Part shown: positions 57,770 through 64,000 of the stretch, one piece after another
Numbering within the stretch: position 1 is the first letter of the stretch
Layout: the number at the start of each line of letters is the position of its first letter
Source: an uncultured Acidobacteriota bacterium
GTDB lineage: Bacteria > Acidobacteriota > Thermoanaerobaculia > Multivoradales > JAHEKO01
Assembly: GCA_963713825.1 (NCBI GenBank)
Contig: CAVQNG010000004.1
Coordinates: 64,001-128,000, forward strand
Direction of reading: 5' to 3'
Length of the DNA: 64,000 nt
Translations under genes and position numbers: made by a program
The notes under the pieces: generated by a model
Told to the model about the DNA's origin: nothing
The model's database searches: none
What the model saw: the letters and a program-made list of their open reading frames with translations, nothing else

Positions 57770-58561
57770 ATGTGGAAACGAAGAGCCGCGACCCTCGCTC
57801 TTGCAGGAGCCTCGATTCTCATCTCCTATATGAGCCCGAGTCGCGCTGCAGCCTGGTCGCCCGAGACGACTGAAGCCATTGCCGAGCAAGCTCTGGTTCT
57901 CGCTCCGCCCCATCTCAGCCGACAGCTCGACCGTCACAAGGGTCGTTTCCGCGACGGGGTATTGGCGCCTTTCAAGCAAGCCGGCGGAACCAAACAGGGG
58001 CTGGCCTTGCCGCCCGAGGTGCTCCAGAAGGCCATCGAACGGGAGTCGAAAAACGCGATCAAGGCTATCGAAGGACATGTCTCCTTCGACGAAGTGATCT
58101 ACCGCATGGGCTTCATCGCCAGCTACATGGCAGCTGTTAACTACCCCCTACTCAGTGCAATGACCGCCGAGACGCGGCCCGTCTACCTGGCCGACTATCC
58201 GGCCTTCGTCGAGTCGGCGTTTCCCAGGTTCTCTGTCGTCTTCTATGGCGCGGGAAGGATGGTCGAGAACAAAGCGGATCTGGCGGCTATGGTCGGCGCC
58301 GGGTTCTCCAGATCCAGGCGCATTCGACCCCTGATCTCCCTGGAGTACGACAGGATTGGAGGTCCGAACGGGGTGAAGCTTTTCGACGACCGCTCAACGG
58401 CCTTCGGCGTCAGCTCGATGGCCTATAGCCATGCCGTCAGCGACGTCGTGGCGATTCTGCGTTACATTTGGCTTGAAGCCGGTGGGATCGACAGCAACAA
58501 TCTTCTTCCACTGGACGAGGACCAGCTCATTCTCCTGAACCAGGGTGGCGAGAACCGCTAA
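57770..58561 (+). CDS. Exported protein, probable degenerate Zn-phospholipase C / P1 nuclease fold
   Basis: Signal peptide ending AAA then W; helical pattern similar to PLC/P1 but the metal ligands are missing. Confidence 0.65.
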   Translation: MWKRRAATLALAGASILISYMSPSRAAAWSPETTEAIAEQALVLAPPHLSRQLDRHKGRFRDGVLAPFKQAGGTKQGLALPPEVLQKAIERESKNAIKAIEGHVSFDEVIYRMGFIASYMAAVNYPLLSAMTAETRPVYLADYPAFVESAFPRFSVVFYGAGRMVENKADLAAMVGAGFSRSRRIRPLISLEYDRIGGPNGVKLFDDRSTAFGVSSMAYSHAVSDVVAILRYIWLEAGGIDSNNLLPLDEDQLILLNQGGENR

Positions 58562-58604
58562 CGGCGGCGTCACCCCCGACAAATCATCCGAGAGGACCAG
58601 AGGA

Positions 58605-60155
58605 ATGCTGAAAGCGGCGCGTGCGCTCATTTCCGTCTTCGACAAGCGCAATATCGAAACCTTTGCCGAGGGACTCGCCAACCAGGGAATCGAGATCCTA
58701 TCCACGGGAGGGACCTTCAAGACCCTGCAGGAGTCCGGCGTGCCTGTCTCTCCGGTTTCGGAAGTGACCGGATTTCCAGAGATACTGGGAGGACGAGTGA
58801 AGACCCTCCACCCGCGTATCCATGGCGGGATCCTGGCGGACCGGGAGCAAGCCTCTCACGTCGCTCAATTGCGAGAGCACGGGATCGCCCCGATCGATCT
58901 CGTCGTGGTCAATCTCTATCCGTTCCAGGCGACCGCCAGTGACGCCAGCAAGAGCTACTCTCAGGTCGTGGAGATGATCGACATCGGAGGCCCCTGCATG
59001 ATTCGGGCAGCAGCCAAGAATCACGCCAGCGTTGTGGTCGTCGTCGATCCAGACGACTATCCTCAGGTGCTCGCAGCTCTCGAAGACAACGAGGGACAGG
59101 TGCCCGAAGCGCTGCGCCGAAGATTGGCGCTCAAGGCGTTTCGTCATACCCGGTCCTACGACGCCGCGATCGCCGGCTGGCTGAACGAGCAAGACGATGA
59201 TGCCGAATCCGACCTCGACTCCCACCTCCTCATCGACGCGGAGAAGGAGTTCGAGCCGCGCTACGGTGAGAACCCGCATCAATCTGCGGCCGTCTACAGC
59301 GTGGTCGGCGGCGCCGGGATCTTCGCAGGCTACGAACAGCTGCAAGGCAAGCAGATGTCCTACAACAACCTCCTTGATACCGACGCTGGCCGCCGTCTGG
59401 TCGCGACCCTCGCCGGAACCTCTGTGGCCATCCTCAAGCACAACAACCCATGTGGCGTCGGTCGTGGGGAGTCGGTTGTGGAGGCCTACAAGAAGGCACT
59501 CGAGTGCGATCCCGTGTCCGCCTTCGGCTCCATCGTTGCGGTCAATGAGCCAGTCGACGGCGCGGCCGCCGAGGCCATGAGCTCGCTGTTCATCGAGGTG
59601 GTGATCGCGCCGGAGATCACCGACGAAGCCATCGAGATCTTCGCCAACAAGAAGAACCTCCGGGTCATCCGCTCCCCGCTGCAGGAAATCGACGGTGCCC
59701 AGGTCGAGCTCAGGTCCATCGATGGTGGCTTCCTCGCTCAGACGCTCGATCTGGCCGAAGACGACTCCTCCACCTGGACCTGCCCGACGAAGAGGGAGCC
59801 CACCGCGGATGAGCTCGAGGCCCTCGACTTCAACTGGAGAGTCGTGCGGCATGTGAAGTCGAATGCCATCGTGGTGGGGAATCGCTTCCAAACCGTGGGT
59901 ATCGGGGCGGGCCAGATGAGTCGTGTCGATTCCTGCCACCTGGCCATTTCCAAGTCCCAGGTCGAGACCGCTGGGTGCGTCGCAGCCTCGGACGCGTTCT
60001 TCCCCTTCCCGGACGGTCTCGAGGTTCTGGCCCGGGCTGGAGTGACGGCAGTCGTTCAACCGGGTGGAAGCAAGCGCGATGCGGAGGTCGTCGAGGCGGC
60101 CGATGAATTGGCAGTGGCGATGCTCTTCACAGGCAACCGCCACTTCAGGCACTAG
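58605..60155 (+). CDS. purH: Bifunctional AICAR transformylase / IMP cyclohydrolase
   Basis: ALISVFDK, STGGT, GRVKTLHP, IDIGGP, RYGENPHQ, KHNNPCG, SDAFFPF and RHFRH motifs. Start ATG 58605. Confidence 0.97.
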   Translation: MLKAARALISVFDKRNIETFAEGLANQGIEILSTGGTFKTLQESGVPVSPVSEVTGFPEILGGRVKTLHPRIHGGILADREQASHVAQLREHGIAPIDLVVVNLYPFQATASDASKSYSQVVEMIDIGGPCMIRAAAKNHASVVVVVDPDDYPQVLAALEDNEGQVPEALRRRLALKAFRHTRSYDAAIAGWLNEQDDDAESDLDSHLLIDAEKEFEPRYGENPHQSAAVYSVVGGAGIFAGYEQLQGKQMSYNNLLDTDAGRRLVATLAGTSVAILKHNNPCGVGRGESVVEAYKKALECDPVSAFGSIVAVNEPVDGAAAEAMSSLFIEVVIAPEITDEAIEIFANKKNLRVIRSPLQEIDGAQVELRSIDGGFLAQTLDLAEDDSSTWTCPTKREPTADELEALDFNWRVVRHVKSNAIVVGNRFQTVGIGAGQMSRVDSCHLAISKSQVETAGCVAASDAFFPFPDGLEVLARAGVTAVVQPGGSKRDAEVVEAADELAVAMLFTGNRHFRH

Positions 60156-60171
60156 GCTCCGGGAACCAAGA

Positions 60172-60849
60172 ATGATAACAGCATTGCACAGCTTTGTCAG
60201 ACGGGGATCGAATGCGACCCTGACGATAGTCACCTTGGCGACTCTTGGTAACGCATTCGCCTGCCCTACTCTGTCCACCGCCCAAACCGAAATCGACCCC
60301 TGGAGTCAATTGCGGGCGCTCAAGGATGGCCTGACGGGCGAAGTCGTCAGCACCGACTTTGTACAGACCTTTCTACCGTCCGGCTTCAGCAGCGGAGACG
60401 AGGAAGCTGGCGTCCTTTCGATCTCGATTCCCGACTGCTTGCGGTGGGACTACCACCAGCCCTACTCCAAGACCTATCTGGTCTGCGGGCAGGAGGCCTA
60501 CACCTGGAATGAGGGCGAGTCGCAGGGTCGTCGATTCCTGCTGGAGTCCGACAGCGAGCCCGGTCTCGACTTCCTGAGACTGCAAATCGAGAAACTCGAG
60601 AGCCGCTACTCGGTGGAGTCGGAAGCTATTGGCGAAACTCAGCTGGAGATTGTCTTCACGCCTGTCGACCCCGGTCACAGCCTGGTGAGCGCGACGATTG
60701 TTCTCGACATGGAATCACACCGCCTGTCGCGATTGACCTACGAAGACCTCGAAGGGAACCAAACCCGCTTCGAGGTCTCACGGTATCGGCCGATTTCGGG
60801 CCCTCCCCCGTTCGATCTGCCCATGGATGTCGAGTGGCTGGACCAGTAA
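60172..60849 (+). CDS. LolA-like outer-membrane lipoprotein carrier
   Basis: DFVQT, G.LSISIP..LRWDY..P and YEDLEGNQTRF pattern; signal-like N-terminus. Confidence 0.8.
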   Translation: MITALHSFVRRGSNATLTIVTLATLGNAFACPTLSTAQTEIDPWSQLRALKDGLTGEVVSTDFVQTFLPSGFSSGDEEAGVLSISIPDCLRWDYHQPYSKTYLVCGQEAYTWNEGESQGRRFLLESDSEPGLDFLRLQIEKLESRYSVESEAIGETQLEIVFTPVDPGHSLVSATIVLDMESHRLSRLTYEDLEGNQTRFEVSRYRPISGPPPFDLPMDVEWLDQ

Positions 60850-60983
60850 CCTCGGACAATTCACCCTCAGGATGCGAGACGGCCCCCGGTTTCCGTATAA
60901 TGGCCGGGCCGCGAGGTTTGACGCCGATGACCATCTGCCCGCCAGCGCCAACCGACACCCCTTCGTCTGCGGAGTAGCGACAC

Positions 60984-61658
60984 TTGATTCAAGCCTCAGT
61001 AGCCGCCTCCAGACCCCGCTCGAGCGTGGTCCTCTGGATCTGTCTCATAGCGCTCGCTTGTGGTGCACCGGGATGGGGTGGGCCCTACCCGGAGGGCGAG
61101 TTCATCGAGCTAGCTGGCGCGGTCACCGATGCTGAAGGCCTACCGATTCCCGACCTGTCTGTGACGCTGGAAGCGTCGCGAAAAGCCTTCAGCGTGACGA
61201 AGATGAAGAACACGGAGCGGGATAGGACCCGGGTCACCACCGAGACTGATTCGACTGGCCAGTACATCCTCCGGTGGCGCTGGGTGGACTACTACAACAA
61301 CTTCGAGCTCCAGGTCGGCCTGCCAGATCGGACCGGCGAGGAGGGTGAGCTCCAGGTCTTCGAACGCGTCGATCTCTCCAAACGAATTCGTTCCGGCTCG
61401 CCCGTGGTGACCAACGTGACCGTCACGGAACGGCGCTACCTGGACACGCTACGGGACTTCAATACGAGCGTCGATACCGAGGACGAGCGTCGGATTCTGG
61501 AGGAGATGGGAAACCCCGACCGCGTGCAGAGAATCCTCTCCACGGACCACGAAGAGGTCTCATGGTGGTACTTTCAGAGTGGTAAGGCGTACCGATTCGA
61601 AGATGGAGTCCTCCAGCAGGTCGTCCACTTCGAGCCGATACAGCCGTTTGGGGATTGA
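60984..61658 (+). CDS. Exported protein with carboxypeptidase-regulatory-like N-domain and SmpA/BamE-like C-terminal motif
   Basis: GAVTDAEGLPIP..VTL and TDSTGQY; MGNPD...WWY...F.DG; signal peptide. Confidence 0.7.
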   Translation: MIQASVAASRPRSSVVLWICLIALACGAPGWGGPYPEGEFIELAGAVTDAEGLPIPDLSVTLEASRKAFSVTKMKNTERDRTRVTTETDSTGQYILRWRWVDYYNNFELQVGLPDRTGEEGELQVFERVDLSKRIRSGSPVVTNVTVTERRYLDTLRDFNTSVDTEDERRILEEMGNPDRVQRILSTDHEEVSWWYFQSGKAYRFEDGVLQQVVHFEPIQPFGD

Positions 61659-61677
61659 AATCACAGCAGAGCTTCCT

Positions 61678-62694
61678 ATGTTGAACCCGAACTCATCGAA
61701 CCTCGCCAGGACCAGCGCACCGCCGGTCTCGCGCTTTCTCGACCTCATCGCCGACAAGCTGGCGGCCACCGAGGAAGTGTTTCTCGAGCACCTGCGCTCA
61801 GACGTACCTTTCATCACCAATACCGGCGAGTACATCTTCTCGGGTGGTGGCAAGCGGTTCCGGCCCGCCATGCTCCTGCTGTCCGCTCAGCTCCTGGATC
61901 GGGACAGCGACGAAGAGGTCACCTACGCGGCGATCGTGGAGCTGATCCACACCGCCACCCTGATTCACGACGACATCATCGACCACGCCACGCTGCGCCG
62001 CGGTCAGGTGACCGCCAATCAGCTTTGGGGCAACAGCCTGACCGTACTGCTGGGCGATTGGCTCTACACGACGTCGATGAAGATGGCCTTGAGCCACGAC
62101 AATCTCGAGGTGATTCGTCGGCTTTGCGATGCCACCCTCAGAATGACCGAAGGTGAGTTGCTGTCACAGCAGCGGCTCGGCTCGCTCGATCTCGGCGTCG
62201 ATGAGTACTTCTCGATTATCGAGCGCAAGACAGCTCATCTATTCGCCGCCTCCTGCTCGATCCCCAGCCTGATGAGCCCCAAGAAGCCGGAGGCGGGCAC
62301 GGCGCTCGAGCAATATGGCCGGTCCCTCGGGATCTGCTTTCAACTGGTCGACGACTTACTGGATTTCACAGCCCGCGAAAGCGAAATCGGCAAGCCGGTC
62401 CTGTCGGATCTCACCGAGGGCAAGTTGACGCTACCGCTGATTCTTCTCTTGCCTCGCCTGGACGATAGGCGTCGAGGTCTGATCGAGACAGTCCTGGAAG
62501 ACGGCAGCTTCGACAGAGTGGCACGAGAAGAGATTCTGGACCTGGTGCACTCAGAGGGCACCATCGGGGAAGTCCAGGAGTTGGCTGAAGGGTACGCCGA
62601 GGAAGCCCGTTCGACCCTAGAGATCTTCCCCACCTGTGGCGCCCGGGAGGCCATGGAGTTCGCGCCGGATTTCGTCCTCCAACGGCGTTCGTAG
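61678..62694 (+). CDS. Polyprenyl diphosphate synthase (IspB-like)
   Basis: GGKRFRP, LIHDDIID..LRRG, KTA and FQLVDDLLD motifs. Start ATG 61678. Confidence 0.94.
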   Translation: MLNPNSSNLARTSAPPVSRFLDLIADKLAATEEVFLEHLRSDVPFITNTGEYIFSGGGKRFRPAMLLLSAQLLDRDSDEEVTYAAIVELIHTATLIHDDIIDHATLRRGQVTANQLWGNSLTVLLGDWLYTTSMKMALSHDNLEVIRRLCDATLRMTEGELLSQQRLGSLDLGVDEYFSIIERKTAHLFAASCSIPSLMSPKKPEAGTALEQYGRSLGICFQLVDDLLDFTARESEIGKPVLSDLTEGKLTLPLILLLPRLDDRRRGLIETVLEDGSFDRVAREEILDLVHSEGTIGEVQELAEGYAEEARSTLEIFPTCGAREAMEFAPDFVLQRRS

Positions 62695-63762
62695 GGTCTC
62701 CGATCGCAATCCGAACACTCCACTCGGTCCCGGCTCAGTCGGGATCAGATCAGCCGACCTTCTGGGATTGGTCGGGAAGACCATGGCACCGGTCACCGTG
62801 CCATCTCGTACCAAGACCGTGGCGTACCTGAATCTCTGTGGCAGAGCGTCGCTCCACAGCCAACCCCCTTCCAGGCCTGCCAGAAAGGCTGCAGGACGGG
62901 CCACCGACAGGTCGGGCACTTCTTCTCCCACGTAGATCAACGCCACAGGTGACTCCTCGATGGGGTATTCCAGCGCCAGATAGCCCGTCACCGTCCTGCC
63001 CCAATCGAACGTCACCCAGGGACCGAAGCCCGCGGTCGAAATCGCCTCCTCATCGAAGCGCTTCCAGACCGATGTCCCTCCGCCCTGGCGAAATCGAACC
63101 GCCTTCTCGGGCTCGACGTCGAGCAGTAGCTCCGGGATGGTCGGGCGCCGCCTCACCTTCGTCGGCAAGGGCCAACGGCCCATGGGTGGCAATCCCCAGA
63201 CCACAGGATCTTCGCCCTCCGAAACCTCTGCTCTTGGTTGTCCGAGGCCGCGCTCCCGGTGCCGATGAACGCGCCATGACCCATCACTCTGGATCGTTTT
63301 CGACCGCCTTCCCGCCTGCGCTTCGAGGCGCGCCAGCAGCCCTCCATTTCCCCGGCTGCTCCTCGCTTCGATCACCAATCGGTTCTTGCCGCGCTTCAGA
63401 AAACGGGCCACCGCGTATTCGTCGACAAGGCCCTGGTCGAAGAATCTCCCACCACCGACCTGGACACCATTGATAATGGCAACGTACTCCTCGTCGGCGA
63501 CACACAGCAGGCGGGCCTTCTTGGCCCTGAAATCCAGATTGAAGTCCCGCACCAGATAGTAGGTCTGGGGCTCGGCCTGGCCTTCGTCGACAGCGGCCCA
63601 GATCCATTGCGCCGTGCCTGTTGGTAGCGAGGTCCTGGTCACTGCCCACCGAAAAGCTCGCTCGGCACCGGCCAGGAAAACCAGCAGGACGAGCAATGAA
63701 AGAATCCAGAGCCAGCCCTTGTATCGCCGCACTCGAGGTTCAGATGTCGTTGGCTCTGGCAT
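62617..63762 (-). CDS. Membrane-anchored protein with alpha-L-rhamnosidase (GH78) N-terminal-like beta domains and no catalytic domain
   Basis: AQWIW, RDF, ADEEY...ING..VG, LKRGKNRL, SDGSWR, FDWG..VTGY and FRY motifs; N-terminal TM segment. Confidence 0.7.
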   Translation of the reverse strand: MPEPTTSEPRVRRYKGWLWILSLLVLLVFLAGAERAFRWAVTRTSLPTGTAQWIWAAVDEGQAEPQTYYLVRDFNLDFRAKKARLLCVADEEYVAIINGVQVGGGRFFDQGLVDEYAVARFLKRGKNRLVIEARSSRGNGGLLARLEAQAGRRSKTIQSDGSWRVHRHRERGLGQPRAEVSEGEDPVVWGLPPMGRWPLPTKVRRRPTIPELLLDVEPEKAVRFRQGGGTSVWKRFDEEAISTAGFGPWVTFDWGRTVTGYLALEYPIEESPVALIYVGEEVPDLSVARPAAFLAGLEGGWLWSDALPQRFRYATVLVRDGTVTGAMVFPTNPRRSADLIPTEPGPSGVFGLRSETLRTPLEDEIRRELHGLPGATGGEDL

Positions 63763-63841
63763 GTCGAGGGTGAATCTAGCATCGAATCAAGGCGTCCGAT
63801 ACTCCACTAGAGCGTCGCCGACGAGACCTTGGAGGTGACCA

Positions 63842-63870
63842 TTGACTCTTGCCGGGCACCGCAGTACATT
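63842..63870 (+). promoter_or_regulatory. Sigma70 promoter TTGACT-N17-TACATT
   Basis: Near-consensus -35/-10 with 17-nt spacer, 5 nt before the GTG at 63876. Confidence 0.7.
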
Positions 63871-63875
63871 GGGTC

Positions 63876-64000
63876 GTGCCCCCCGAAGAATCCTCTTCCG
63901 CTGCGTCAGATGCCACTCCAAGTGTGGTTATCGGAGCCATACCAGCCCGCTACGCGTCCAGCCGACTCAGCGGCAAACCGCTACGCCCGCTTGCCGGACG
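63876..64000 (+). CDS. kdsB: CMP-Kdo synthetase, 5' fragment (runs off window)
   Basis: Manual translation MPPEESSSAASDATPSVVIGAIPARYASSRLSGKPLRPLAG contains the IPARYASxRxxGKPL cytidylyltransferase motif. Only 41 codons are visible. Confidence 0.8.
   Translation, partial: MPPEESSSAASDATPSVVIGAIPARYASSRLSGKPLRPLAG

Overview
GC-rich, gene-dense bacterial chromosome segment. The gene repertoire (kinase-TolB-TPR protein, TatT, kdsB, lolA) suggests a diderm, plausibly Acidobacteriota; this is inference only. From left to right: a ~13 kb minus-strand run yceD-rpmF-plsX-fabD-fabG-acpP-fabF-aroDE-trpEGDCFBA (trpA cut by the window edge); four GT4 glycosyltransferases plus a WcaJ-like priming transferase; a MoxR/DUF58/transglutaminase triad; GT2, a secreted serine protease, a sulfatase-like protein, murB and recA; an NhaC-family transporter; a 987-aa multidomain outer-membrane protein; an Smr protein; an HDAC fused to a GNAT-like domain; TatT plus DctQM with no DctP; PP2C, thiolase, DUF502, M48 peptidase and a TPR protein; feoAB; an MFS transporter; metG; PilZ; a Ser/Thr kinase; lipocalin; tRNA-Phe(GAA); a degenerate PLC/P1-fold protein; purH; lolA; polyprenyl synthase; a non-catalytic GH78-like protein; and the 5' end of kdsB. 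I saw no mobile element, CRISPR array or rRNA. The strongest leads are the deacetylase/acetyltransferase-like fusion, the three-part outer-membrane protein, feoB with no canonical start codon, several apparent pseudo-enzymes, an orphan CsoR-like palindrome and repeated leaderless-type promoters. All family assignments come from motifs recognised by eye; no searches were run.
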